The notes: generated by a model not told the origin, from the sequence alone. A stretch of DNA of 64,000 nucleotides from Octopus sinensis (GCF_006345805.1 NC_043004.1:89714001-89778000); one strand, 5' to 3'; shown: positions 23,838-36,869, counted from the stretch's first letter. Numbers and translations: made by a program.

Positions 23838-24167
23838 ATTTCACTGTGGAGTACCACCTTTAGTTGAACAAATTAACCCCCAGGACTTATTGTTTGTAAG
23901 CTTAGCGCTTATTCTATCGGTTTCTTTTGGCGAACCGCTAGATTACGGGACGTAATCACATTAGCATCAATTGTCAAGCGAAGGTGGGGGAAGAAACAGA
24001 GACATAAACATGACGGTTCTTTTCAGTTTCCGGCTACCAAATCGACTCACAAGGCTTTAGTCGGCCCGAGGCTATAGTAGAAGACACTTACCGGAAGTGC
24101 CACGCACTGGGACTGAATCCAGAACCATGCGGCTGGTAAGCAATTTTACCACCCAGCCACTCCTGCA
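23838..24167 (-). mobile_element. SINE family A, diverged
   Basis: Matches the family consensus. Confidence 0.85.
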
Positions 24168-24210
24168 ACACATAAGGCATACAACATACATAAACTACAT
24201 ACATACATAC

Positions 24211-24267
<57 letters not shown>

Positions 24268-24302
24268 ATATATATATCTATATATATATATATATAATAT
24301 AC

Positions 24303-24647
24303 TGGAGGCACAATGGCCCAGTGGACTCGCGGTTTCGATTCCCAGATCGGGCGTTGTGAGTGTTTATTCATCGAAAACACTACACAAGCTCCACGAAGCT
24401 CCGGCAAGTGTGGTGGCGAACCCTGCTGTTCTCTTTCACCACACTCTTTCTTCCTGTTTCTGTTGTCCCTGTATTTCAAAGTGCCACTCTTGTCATACTC
24501 TGTGTCTCGCTGAATCTCCCCGAGAACTACATTAAGGGTACACGTGTCTGTGGAGTGCTCAGCCACTTGCACGTTAATTTCACGAGCAGGCAGTTCCGTT
24601 GATTGGATCAACTGGAACCCTCGTCGTCGTAACTGACGGAGTGCAGT
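24303..24647 (+). mobile_element. tRNA-headed SINE family D
   Basis: Head ggaggcacaatggcccagtgg, body gggcgttgtgagtgtttatt...gctccacga. A related 5' portion lies at 35369-35610. Confidence 0.75.
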
Positions 24648-25484
24648 GAGATATATATAAATATATATTTCGTTTTGGGTTTTAGTTTGCAAGATTCTTT
24701 ATGTGAGTTCGTGTGTTGAAGCATATTTTGTTGTGACTGGGGAAATTTATTCTCTTTTTAATACACTCACCAGTAAAGTTTTCACTCATTTACTTACTCA
24801 TTTTTCCTAAAATTTTCGTTGCTTCTTGCAACCTTGTCAATATTCGTTATCCGAGATGCGCTCTCTTTGTTTGTGCGCATGCGTGTGGGTCAGTGTGCGT
24901 GCGCATACACATGCATGTATGTATGTATGTATGTATGATGTATGTATGTATGTATGTATGTATGTATGTATGTACGTTATGTATGTATGTATGCATGCAT
25001 GCATATAAGTGTGTGTATGCATGTATGTATGTGTGTCTGAGTGCGTATGTATATATGTATGTATGTGTGTATGTTTGCATGTATGTATTCTGCATATCCA
25101 TGTGCTTGTGTTTGTATGTTTGTGTGTTCGTGTTGTGTGTTTCTATGTGTGTGTGCGTGTGTGTATATAGCTGCGTTTGTGCTTGTGTGTGCCTGTGTGT
25201 GCGTGTATGTATGTATGTATGTATGTATATTTACGGGTGGGGCGTTCGATTCCCTCCCACATGCTTCCGGGTTCACTCCAATTACGTGTCCCCCCCCCTC
25301 AGTAAGTTTCTTCAAGAATCGTCTGGGGCCGACCAAAGCTCTGTATCTGCATTTGGTAGAGCGAATGTGAAAGAAGCCTGTCGTATACAATCACACACGC
25401 ACACCCACGCACACAGACGCACCCTCACCCCCATAAACACACACAAATCTATCGATTCTCCAGAAGCGATACTTTACAAATATA

Positions 25485-26081
25485 TATTTCTTTACTGCCC
25501 ACAAGGGGCTAAACATAGAGGGAACAAACAAGGACAGACGAAGAGATTAAGTCGATTACATCGCCTCCAGTGCGAAACTGGTACTTCATTTATCGACCCC
25601 GAAAGGATGAAAGGCAAAGTTGACCTCGGCGGAATTTGAACTCAGAATGAAATGGCAGATGAAATACCTATTTCTTTACTACCCACAAGGGGCTAAACAT
25701 AGAGGGAACAACAAGGACAGACGAAGAGATTAAGTCGATACATCGCCTCCAGTGCGAAACTGGTACTTCATTTATCGACCCCGAAAGGATGAAAGGCAAA
25801 GTCAACCTTGGCGGAATTTGAACTCAGAATGAAATGGCAGATGAAATACCTATTTCTTTACTACCCACAAGGGGCTAAACATAGAGGGAACAAACAAGGA
25901 CAGACGAAGAGATTAAGTCGATTGCATCGCCTCCAGTGCGAAACTGGTACTTCATTTATCGACCCCGAAAGGATGAAAGGCAAAGTTGACCTCGGCGGAA
26001 TTTGAACTCAGAACGTAACGGCAGACGAAATACCGCTAAGCATTTCGTCCAGCGCGCTAACGTGTCTGCCAGCTCGCCGCC
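25485..26081 (-). mobile_element. Trimeric SINE family B (one full unit plus two head-less units), apparently inserted into an old family A SINE
   Basis: Units start at 25485, 25669 and 25851. A single 16-bp TSD atactttacaaatata flanks the array (25469-25484 / 26083-26098). Confidence 0.9.
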
Positions 26082-26574
26082 TATACTTTACAAATATAAT
26101 GTTATTTTTTAAGTCTACATTTAATAATTTATAACTTTCAGTAATAATGTATTGTGTGTGTGTGTGTGTGTGTGCGCGCGTCTTTGTTTGTGTGTTTGTC
26201 CTCTACTACCGTTTGACATCCGATGTTTACGTTCCCCCTATTATAGCGGTTCAGCAAATAGACCTATACAGAGTGTACGAGGCTTAAAAAAACTAAGTAC
26301 TGGGATCGACTAGTTCGAATAAAAACCCTTCAATGCAGTGCCTCCGCTTAGCTGCAGCCCAATGAAACTAATAAGAGATAGTTGATTTTATTTATACATA
26401 CATACATACATACATGCATGCACACATACATACATACATACATAGATACATACATACATACATACATACATACATTCACGCACATGCATTTATATACACA
26501 CACACACACGTAATATTTAAATATTATATAAAGTATTATATATACCATATAACGTTTGCTATATATATATATAT

Positions 26575-26782
26575 ACTCTTTTACTCTTTTGCTTGTTTCA
26601 GTCATTTGACTGAGGCCATGCTGGAGCACCGCCTTTAGTCGAATCAAATCGACCCCAGGACTTATTCTTCGTAAGCCTAGTACTTATTCTATCGGTCGCT
26701 ATTGCCGAACCGCTAAGTTACGGGGACGTAAATACACCACCATCGGTTGTCAAGCGATGCTGGGGGGCAAACACAGACACAT

Positions 26783-26862
<80 letters not shown>

Positions 26863-27015
26863 TATATATACATACATATATACGACGGGCTTCTTTCAGT
26901 TTCCGTCTACTAAATCCACTCACAAGGCTTTGGTCGGCCCGAGGTTATAGTAGAAGACAGCTGCCCAAGATGCCACGCAGTGGGACTGAACCCGGATCCA
27001 TGTAGTTCGTAAGCA
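26575..27015 (-). mobile_element. SINE family A
   Basis: Matches the family consensus. Confidence 0.9.
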
Positions 27016-27095
27016 ATATATTTTTTAATAATATATTATTATTATTAATATAAGGAAATCAATATTGAGCTCATCATAAAGATATACCCGTGTGA

Positions 27096-27131
<36 letters not shown>

Positions 27132-27259
27132 TAGCGGAGACAACCGGTGTTGTTTGGGATTAAAATGGCATAGTTTGTTATGTTGTGAACAGGTGATATG
27201 GGAAAGGGTAAATGTCATTTGCAGAGTTGTATTGTCTGATATTGTTCAGAAAATCCTTT

Positions 27260-27359
27260 NNNNNNNNNNNNNNNNNNNNNNNNNNNNNNNNNNNNNNNNN
27301 NNNNNNNNNNNNNNNNNNNNNNNNNNNNNNNNNNNNNNNNNNNNNNNNNNNNNNNNNNN
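27260..27359. other. Assembly gap (100 N)
   Basis: Read directly. A Helitron-type 3' end (hairpin plus CTAG, minus strand) lies just before it at about 27129-27160. Confidence 1.
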
Positions 27360-27402
27360 ATATATAAATACATAATGTTGTGTTTATCATTGTAAAACAT
27401 CC

Positions 27403-27459
<57 letters not shown>

Positions 27460-27717
27460 ATATTTTATAAGCTTAAAGCTTACAAGCGATCACCGTGCAT
27501 TGACTAAGGTAAATAGTTTACATATAAAGCCCACAACGAAAAAAGTAGGCTTTGCCGAACGTATGAGACTCGAACCCACACATCTATGCATTCGCGACGA
27601 GAGTTCTACTGCTAACTGTTTTGTGAATATATATATATATATAATATTAAATTTATATTTTATATATATATGTTACATATACATATATATATATATAGAT
27701 ACATATACATATCTCTC

Positions 27718-27755
<38 letters not shown>

Positions 27756-27799
27756 TATATACTATATAAATGGACATACGTATGAGTATGTCCATTATA

Positions 27800-28669
27800 A
27801 TCACATGGAAAAATGTGAGCAAGAGAAATAATATTCTTAAGCTTATAAACCCGGAAAATTACAGGACAAGTTATTTACACTTGGAAAAGTTCAGGACAAC
27901 TCATTACAGCTGGTAAAGTACAGAACAAGAAAATTTTTACTTAAAATATTACAGCTAAGGATAAAGTTTCAAATAAAATATTTAGATTTAAAAAATATTA
28001 GCTTTTATTAAAACTGAAAATTTTTATTCCAAGTTATTACTTCTATTTGTCAGTACTTGTTACTTCGATTGAAAATAAAAAAATAACTCAAAATATTTTT
28101 TGCACTTCGAAAATATTCATTTTTTAAAACTATTAATTAATAATTCGAAATTTGAAAATAGGTTATAAAAAATAATAGTAGTACATAATTAGTAGAATAA
28201 ATAGAATAATACAAAAGTTAGTTATATATTACAGTAAAATCTACCTATGACAACAAATTCACCGTAAATTTGCTTGAATTTTTGTCTAAGGTCTTGCCAA
28301 GTCTTTGCATTTTTAGTCTTGACCCAATGCCTATTTTTGACATAATGAATTTGCCTACCATATATACTATTCTACTTTGCATAAACCTTTAGCTAAATTG
28401 GTACTTCTGACTCTCATTTTTAAAAATATTCCAGTGTGTCAATATTTTAACAAAATGATGGTCCCTTTTTTTAAAAATTATAATGTTACTTTTAATATTA
28501 AAATTTTATCCCCAGCTGCAATATTTTAAGTAAAAATTTTCTTGTTCTGTACTTTACCAGATGTAATAAGTTGTTCTGAACTTTTCCAAGTGTAATAACT
28601 TGCCCTATAATTTTCCAGGTTTATAATCTTAAGAATATTATTCTTCTTGCTCGCATTTTTCCATGTAAT
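27800..28669. mobile_element. Non-autonomous TIR element (MITE) with about 170-bp imperfect TIRs
   Basis: 27800-27970 is the imperfect reverse complement of 28500-28669 (cacatggaaaaatg / catttttccatgt). No coding capacity and no clear TSD. Confidence 0.75.
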
Positions 28670-29559
28670 CCATGCTTTTTCCAGGCTATGCTATTATGCT
28701 AATTAATAATGTATCAAATGTATCAATTAGCGGTGTCGTTGATAACTTATTCCTTACCTCAATGATGCCAGTGACATATCTTAAAAGTCCCCTTATAGAA
28801 GAACTATATTCATAAAAAAGTATAGAACTATATTGTCGCCCTCAAATTTGAGAAACAAACACTCTTAACTTTTCTCTTTTAAAACTTCATTGCATGAGAT
28901 TGATACCATGAAATTCCCCGAATTGAGCTCTATCATTTAAGCTTAATTAAGATTTAGGTTGTTTTTAAAATAAAGAAGTTAATTATACGCAAATCCAATT
29001 TTTTGCCTTATATTTTTTTTCATATTTTACCTCAACCTTTTTGATACAAAACTATGAAATTCTTTGTGCTTTCTTCCATCATAGAAGCTAAGATAAATAT
29101 ATTTTGCTGATAAAATATAAAAAAAAAGTTATTTAGATCTATACTTGAGTGGTGACGTTACTTACGCTCCTATAACATTAATAAAAATTTTGATGAAAAC
29201 TTTTTTCTACTGGATCAAATCTCAATTTTTTAATGCCAAAATGTAGCTACGGACCAATCCTCTTCAAAAACGATAACAGTTTTCGATTTGGTTAAGAACG
29301 GAATTAGCGACAAGCTCTGAAAGATGCTGCGTGTGAGTAAATCGCGGCCTTAGGAATATTCAACTATTACAGTAGTTGAATGATAGACGCATGCGTGACT
29401 TGGGTGAACTTGGCCATTCTATGTCTGCTTTTCGTTCATACATTTACGATACATTTTTTCACTTATTAATATACGGAATGCAACGCACTCTTGGTTTTAT
29501 TCACATTAAGTTAGTTATATGTATATGTATATCTGTATGTGTGTCTTTGCGTGTATATT

Positions 29560-29747
29560 TGTCCTCAAACAGCGCTTAATAACTGGTGCTGGTGTGTTTA
29601 CGTTCTCGAACTTAGAAGTTCGGCAAAAAAGACCCAAATAGTAAGTATCACGGTTTAAAGAATAAGTATGGGGTTGATATATTCGACTAAAATTTCATGG
29701 TGGTGCCCCAGCATGTCCGCAGTCAAATGACTGAAACAAGTAAAAGA

Positions 29748-29748
<1 letters not shown>
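29560..29748 (+). mobile_element. SINE family A, 3' half, diverged
   Basis: Matches the 3' end consensus. Confidence 0.75.
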
Positions 29749-29803
<55 letters not shown>

Positions 29804-29899
29804 ATGTATATATATACATGTGTATATATATATATACATATATGTATATACATAATATATATATATATATCATATGTATACATATATTATACATATATG

Positions 29900-29938
<39 letters not shown>

Positions 29939-29997
29939 GTATACATATATGTATATACATAATTATATATATACATATATACAATATATATATGCAC

Positions 29998-30064
<67 letters not shown>

Positions 30065-30640
30065 ATATACATACATATACATACACAACATACTAGATAA
30101 ATACAAGACCAAAAATACAATACTGGATACATATATTAGAGGGAAAGATATATACACCCCATTACAACACATCGTAGCGCTGAGATGATATTAACCAAGA
30201 AAAATATCTAAGCAATCATCAGACAAGTAAAATAAACTTAAAATTGGGATACTCAAAGAAGTATTTCTTATACTAATTTGAGTAGACCAAATTTCCGAAT
30301 TTGTTGATGACTCCCTAATTATGCACGAAATATTAGGCTTGTAGACGGTGTGCAATTACTTCGTATATGTGTGTATACGCACACAAACATGCACGCACAC
30401 TCGCATGCATATACATGCACATATACATGCATACATATACATACATACACATACAAATATATATATATATATATATATATATTATGTGAAATAGAAAGAT
30501 GATAATCTTGTAGTAGATTAATCAAAAGTTTAACCGATACCTTGGTAGCAAAAATCACAGCAGTAAATAGCACGGTTGGAGGTACAACCTATGGTGTTGC
30601 AACGTGCGTTGGTGCGGATAATTGAAATTAAAATATTATT

Positions 30641-30936
30641 GGTGAATTGAAGAAGGTGCTGAACGCAGATTGAACAGAAATCGTTTTATTTCATTCTACA
30701 CGTGTTTCGAAGGCACAAATTACCAAATCCGATTGAATAATGGGACCATATTGTGTCTTTCTTCTTCAGGAAGAAATAGGAAATCCGTTGGAAAAAACAA
30801 AAACAGAACAGAGGCGGAGCAAACAAATCGAACTAGGCTCCTCGGATTTTGGTAAATTGTGCCTTTCGAAAACACGTGTAGAATGAAATAAAACGATTTC
30901 TGTTCAATCTGCGTTCAGCTCCATTTCTTCAATTCA

Positions 30937-30938
<2 letters not shown>
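30641..30938. mobile_element. Penelope-type inverted pLTR remnant with a complete hammerhead motif in one arm
   Basis: Arms 30641-30732 / 30842-30938. HHR at 30687-30778 on the minus strand. Confidence 0.8.
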
Positions 30939-30972
<34 letters not shown>

Positions 30973-30975
<3 letters not shown>

Positions 30976-31263
30976 CCTTGTGAGTGGATTTGGTAGACGG
31001 AAACTGAAAGAAGACCGTCGAATATATGTGTATATATATAAAAATGTATTTGTGTGTATGTTTGTGTGTCTGTGTTTGTCCCCCCAACATCGCTTGACAA
31101 CCGATGCTGGTATGTTTACGTCCCCGTAACTTAGCGGTTCGGCAAAAGAGACCGATAGAATAAGTACTGGGCTTACAAAAGAATAAGTCCCGGGGTCGAT
31201 TTGCTCGACTAAAGGCGGTGCTCCAGCATGGCCACAGTCATATGACTGAAACAAATAAAAGAG
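30973..31263 (+). mobile_element. SINE family A, 5' truncated
   Basis: Matches the family consensus. Confidence 0.85.
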
Positions 31264-31686
31264 AAAAAAAAATATATGTATATACGAGGAGTTTCTTTCA
31301 GTTTCCATCTACCAAATCCATTCATAGGTTTTTTTTTTGGCCCTGTGTTAGAGTTGGGGGCTAGACTTGAAGGTTCTTGTCCAAGGTTCTATGAAGTGGA
31401 ATAGAACGAGGAATCAAGTTGTTAGAAAGCAAACGTCTTAACCACACACTTGTGTAATAATGTATGTATATTCGGTTAGAGCCTGGTTTTCATGAGCCAC
31501 ACACAATATAAGCTGTCATTCTTTTTGCACACTGTTAGCTGAAAGGTCAAGTCATAATTTTTGTTGATCATGAGACACAGGTATGGGTGACCTTTGACTG
31601 CGTCTGGATGAGAACATGTAATGCATATTACATAATCCCCCTACCGCCATTTCATCATTACTGATCGAACGAATATATATATATAT

Positions 31687-31851
31687 AGGCGTTGGAGTGG
31701 CTGTGTGGTAAGTAGCTTGTTTACCAACCACATGGTTTCGGGTTCAGTCCCACTGCGTGGCACCTTGGGCAAGTGTCTTCTACTATAGCCTCGGGCCGAC
31801 CAAAGCCTTGTGAGTGGATTTGATAGACGGAAACTGAAAGAAGCCCGTCGT
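31687..31851 (+). mobile_element. SINE family A, 5' half
   Basis: Matches the family consensus. Confidence 0.85.
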
Positions 31852-31910
31852 TATTAAAATATGCTCGTGTTTGAATATGTGTCTATAGAAATATACATAC
31901 ATACATACAT

Positions 31911-32460
31911 GGTGGCTGCCCCCTCGTTATCGAGTATGGCCATTGCACGAAGCTTAATCAATGTTGTTATTGTGCAATGCCTGTGCAAGAAGATTTTTTT
32001 AAGTGAGGAAAGGCTGTGCACTGAGTCAATCCCACTCACTAAGTAACAGCAGTCATAATCCGAAAAGAAGAACAAGTCAACATCATTGGTAACCACTGAG
32101 CCGTAGGTTTTATGTCGGAGTTATCCCAGTTACCTGAGTTACCTTCTCCTAGAAGGATGCCCTAACAAAGGCTAGGAGTCCTTCACTCCCAATGGTTTAA
32201 CCGCGCGATCGGGTATTCAGTCCGATTATTCCTATGTCCCCGCGCATGATACAGCCTTAAGACTTTTATTGGATGGCCGTTGACTCTCAAGAGTTCCTCG
32301 GCCCTTTGACGGGTTTTGTTTTTCATCCCGCAGGATGTCCAATAAACACTCTCCTCACCAAGCAAGCTTGGTGGAGTTGCCGGTTTAGTCGCCGACGACC
32401 CGACCATGCAACAGGTTGTACTGGGTTACACGTTACCAGTAGCACCCGAAAGTGACCTGA
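31911..32460 (-). mobile_element. Short non-coding retroelement derivative (RTE-like 5' UTR joined to a 3' tail) embedded in (TACA)n
   Basis: RTE-like 5' UTR motif ctaggagaaggtaactc...aaacc. The tail ends in gcagccacc(atgt)n. (TACA)n on both sides. No ORF. Confidence 0.55.
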
Positions 32461-32545
32461 CATACATACATACATACATACATACATACATACATACATA
32501 CATACATACATACATACATACATACATACATACATACATACATAC

Positions 32546-32576
<31 letters not shown>

Positions 32577-32835
32577 AAACGAAGCATACAAATCTGCACA
32601 TACAGACATACAAAAATACCCTGTTGTTGTTGAAATTCCAATGATCTAGCTCTTTCTCTGTTGGCAAGAAATCTTGAAAAAAACTGATTAATGACATACA
32701 TACATATATATTATGCATGTATATGTATGTATGTATGTATGTATGTATGCAACTATATATTAACCATCAGCCAGGTGCCCTCCCTCTAACCAGGAGACAG
32801 CTTGCAAGAACGCTCCAGTTTTTTGTATGTTTCTT

Positions 32836-33507
32836 GGATCTTTACCTTTTGACCGACAGATTTAAAAAATAATTTTTTGTAACTAAACATTTTCAAACTT
32901 CGGACACTGGTCGAATGTGTCATATAAAATATCTTTTACTGTTAGCGTTTTTGAGAAAAACTTATATTTACGAAGTTATCTCACGTTAAAGTTGTATTTC
33001 GGTAATTTCAACCAATCAATGACTTGTATTCAGCTGAATAAAATTACTGCTGTTGTTTGTCAACAAGAACTTCCGGTGGTGTATATTTCATTTGTCACTG
33101 TTATTTATGACAACCCTAACCATAAAACCCTAACTCTAAAACCCTAACCCTAAAACCCTAACCCCCAACCCTAACACTAAAACCTTAAAGCTAAAACCAG
33201 TACAAACGCACGAACGATGTCATAAATAACAGTGACAAACGAAATATACATCGCCGATAGTTGTTGTTGACAAACAACGCCAGTAATTTTATTCAGCTGA
33301 ATACACGTCATTGATTGGTTGAAATTACCGAAATAGGACAACTTTAGCGTGAAATAACTTCGTAGGTATAAGTTTTTCTCAAAAATGCTAAGAGTAAAAG
33401 ATGTTTTATATGACACATTCTACCAGTTCTACCAGTGTCCGATGTTTGAAAGTGTTTAGTTACAAAAAAATAATCTTTTAAATCTGTCGGTCAAAAGGTG
33501 AAGATCC
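32836..33507. mobile_element. Intact MITE with about 280-bp TIRs, telomere-like (CCCTAA)n core and 8-bp TSD (Merlin-like)
   Basis: TIRs 32836-33112 / 33218-33507 begin GGATC. TSD TGTTTCTT at 32828-32835 and 33508-33515. Confidence 0.9.
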
Positions 33508-33515
33508 TGTTTCTT

Positions 33516-33900
33516 CTCTATAGTTGTGTGGCGTAATATAACAGTTTACTAGCCTCTATATTAGAAGTAGTGTTGTGTCTTCTGAGGCGAAAATATTCTT
33601 CATTCTGATAAATTTTTGTTTTAGTCTTATTTATTCTTTGAGTAACTTCTTCACAGATATTTTCTTGATTTATTATTCGCCCTAAATATTTCAAGTTTTT
33701 TTATTTTTTTATTTCTGTCCATCTACCTTTATAGTTGCTCCCTTCTGTTCTGTCTTACCGTTGTCGTTGTCTTTTTTTAAATATCCATCTTTATTGATAT
33801 TTAGACCTTTCTTGTCACTTTACTCTTTTACATGATCAAATTCTTGTAATTTCTCACTGCTGTCTGTCAATAACGACGCATCATCAGCATATCCTATGCT
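33516..33900 (-). mobile_element. Degenerate RTE LINE RT fragment
   Basis: SIGYADDASLLTDSSEKLQE, then KYLGRIINQEN..EEVTQRI on the minus strand. Confidence 0.75.
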
Positions 33901-34185
33901 ATGCTATGTATACACACACACACACAAACCTGGGTATACACCTGGTAGTTAGCCGATTAAAGCCCCTTCACTGTCTGCGGGTACCTGATGCCATCAACAG
34001 TATGGATATAACTGCCACTGGATTTGTTTCGGGAATTCCTCCGTGTCCGTCGAGTATATAACAAATGAGAGTAAGAGAAAATGAATTCACAAGATTATAT
34101 TCTTTGTCCATAATTTCGCCTGCGAGGGACCGATGGGTCGAAAGAATCTGGTGAATTCTATTTTCTCTTCCTCTCATTTATTACA

Positions 34186-34252
<67 letters not shown>

Positions 34253-34985
34253 CACACACACATATAAACAACTGGGCGCAATGTGATATCATAAAGGAAA
34301 AATTTAAAAGTTCCTAAGTGCGATAAGGGTGTCGAAGCATCTATATTGCCAGAGATAAGAGTTGAAATGCTCTTAATGCTGTGAAAAGAGCACCTGTTTG
34401 AGCAGTCACCACTGACGATGCCTATGGTATAGGCGAAACTAGGCCTAGCTGGTGATCCTAGAGACAGTCATGGGGCAGTTACCTCTCCTTTCAGTATATG
34501 TATATATTTGCGCTTTTCTTACAACATTAAGAGTATTTTAACTCTTATTCCTAGCAACGTAGGTGCTTCGGCACCCTTAGTCACACTTAGTCACGATTAT
34601 ATCTACATCAATAAAAGCGAAATTCTGTCTGTCCGTCTGGGACTCCTGTATGTCAATCTACATTTGCTCTACATAGACATATTAAACCTTTTTGGAATCA
34701 AGATAATGCCAGGATTGAAAATCTGTCTTTCATTTGGTTCTTGAACATCCAGCATTGGGATCTGCTTTAAAAGCATTTGGGTTGCTATTTCTAGCAGGTA
34801 AAGCGACCGTGAGATGTTTCAAAGCCATATTACAAGAGACGCTTTCCTTAGCTTTACGTTTTACTAAGAATTTAGTGGGTTTTTGAAAAATCTTGTTCAG
34901 TCATCAGACTGCAGTCATCTCGAAGAATTTTAATCGAACAAATCGACTCAGTTATTGGTACTTAATATATTATGCCTGGTGCTAG

Positions 34986-35020
<35 letters not shown>

Positions 35021-35118
35021 TATATATATATAAACTTAGATAAACTTAGATATGTTTCGATCAATGATTGGTCCAGACCATGTCTAACTTAATAGCACCA
35101 CCTGATTATATATTATAT

Positions 35119-35154
<36 letters not shown>

Positions 35155-35344
35155 GTTAATCCAAACAAGAAAGCACAAAAAATACAACGCGAGGACGTGG
35201 AACAAATATAGTATTATTGGACGCTCAGGAAAGAAGGAGGGTTTAACGTTTCGAGCGGAGCTCTTCGTCGGAAACATAGGAGAAGGAAAGATCCAGAGAA
35301 GGGAAGACAGAGGAAAAAATATCGCCAACGGTACACACGCGGTC
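35155..35344 (-). mobile_element. Family H1 element
   Basis: Same boundaries as 13664. HHR-like motif at 35241-35275. Confidence 0.8.
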
Positions 35345-35368
35345 GTGTGTGTGTGTATGTGTATATGT

Positions 35369-35610
35369 GGAAGCGCAATGGCCCACTGGTTGGGGCGTTG
35401 TGAGTGTTTATTGAGCGAAAACACCTAAAAGCTCCACGAGGCTCCGGCAGGGGGCGGTGGCGATCCCTGCTGTACTCTTTCGCCACACACTTTCTCTCAC
35501 TCTTTCTTCTGTTGGCCTGCTCGCTTAGCCAGCGGAGTGGCGTCATTGGAAGGCTAAAACAATGCGAAGCGCATTGTGACCGGCGATATATATACACGCC
35601 ATGTTGGACC
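35369..35610 (+). mobile_element. SINE family D, 5' portion
   Basis: Homologous to 24303-24647. Confidence 0.7.
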
Positions 35611-36833
35611 GCCAAACTCAACACGTTTTCGTTTTCATTCTCTATTCATTTCCTCTTATTCCTTTCTATCGAAATATGTGTCAAACTGATACACTTGCTT
35701 GTTCCTACACCTGTCTTCGTCTTTGTTTTTCTATAAATTTGAACTATACATAAATACATACATACATACATACATATATATATATATAATATATATATAT
35801 ATATAATATATATATATATATTATATATATATATATATATATATGTTTTCCAGTAGACAGATAAATGGACTGGCTGTCATAGCCAAGATGTTTGTGACCA
35901 AGCGGCCAAAGATAACAAAAGTAATAAACGAAGATAATAAAATTAAATCAGGGAATGGGTCTCTATTTGTATGTGTATATATATGTGTGTATGTGTAGGT
36001 ATGCATAGGTACACATATGTATATATATGTATATATATGTATATATATATATACATACATGTATGTATGTGTATGTATGTGTGTGTATATGTGTGTGTAT
36101 GTGTATATAGGGACTAGTGTGCTGTGTGTGCATGTGTGTGTGTGGATATGTGTGTGTATGCGTGTATGTGAGTATGTGTGTGTATGTGTATATATATTTT
36201 TCTGTGCGTATATGTATGTGTGGTCGTGTGTGTATATATACATGTGTGTATACGTGTATGCATGTGAGTGTGTGTATGTATACATATATGTGTATGTGTA
36301 GATATGTATATGTATGTGTATGTGTAAGTGTATATATATGTATATATATGTGTGTGTATGTATGTGTGTATGTATATATGTTTGTATGTGTGTGTATGTA
36401 TGTATACATGTGTGCATAGGTATAAGTGAGAATCTCCTTATTTACCTAAAACTCTATTCCCCTTTTTTTTATATATAGATTTTTATTTTTATTTTATTTT
36501 TATTTTTATTTTTTTATTATTTTTTATTTTTTTATTTTTTTATTTTTATTTTATTTTTTTATTTATTTATTCTTCTATCTAATTAACACTGACTCCTGAC
36601 CACTCCCCCAAGTATGATATTTTGCGCTATGCCTACCCCCAAAAGTCCCCCACAACACTTTAAACCTGCCTAAATGTATAAATGCCAATACAATTCTGTT
36701 AACTAGCTTCCTGAAGATTTCTCTTGAATGAAACAGTTCTAGTCCTGTAGAAGCTCCTTCTATATAATAAATTAAATTTACTCTGCTATGTATTGAGTAC
36801 CTTATTTACTGTGGTTACCCCGAATAACCCGGG

Positions 36834-36869
<36 letters not shown>

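Noticed and set aside
27553-27615. tRNA-like sequence on the minus strand (ggttcgagtc B-box)
   Set aside because: It cannot be folded into a cloverleaf; probably a decayed SINE head.
30165-30226. CUGAUGA plus long stem II on the minus strand
   Set aside because: GAAA is replaced by GCUA and stems I and III are unrecognisable. At most a dead relic, so it was not counted.
32380-32460. HDV-like ribozyme at the 5' end of the RTE-like element (ACC-8nt-GGU, GUCG-UCGG-CGAC hairpin, CUAA)
   Set aside because: I could not assemble P1, P1.1 and P2 in the required nested order, and the L3 loop does not match. A covariance-model search could revisit it.
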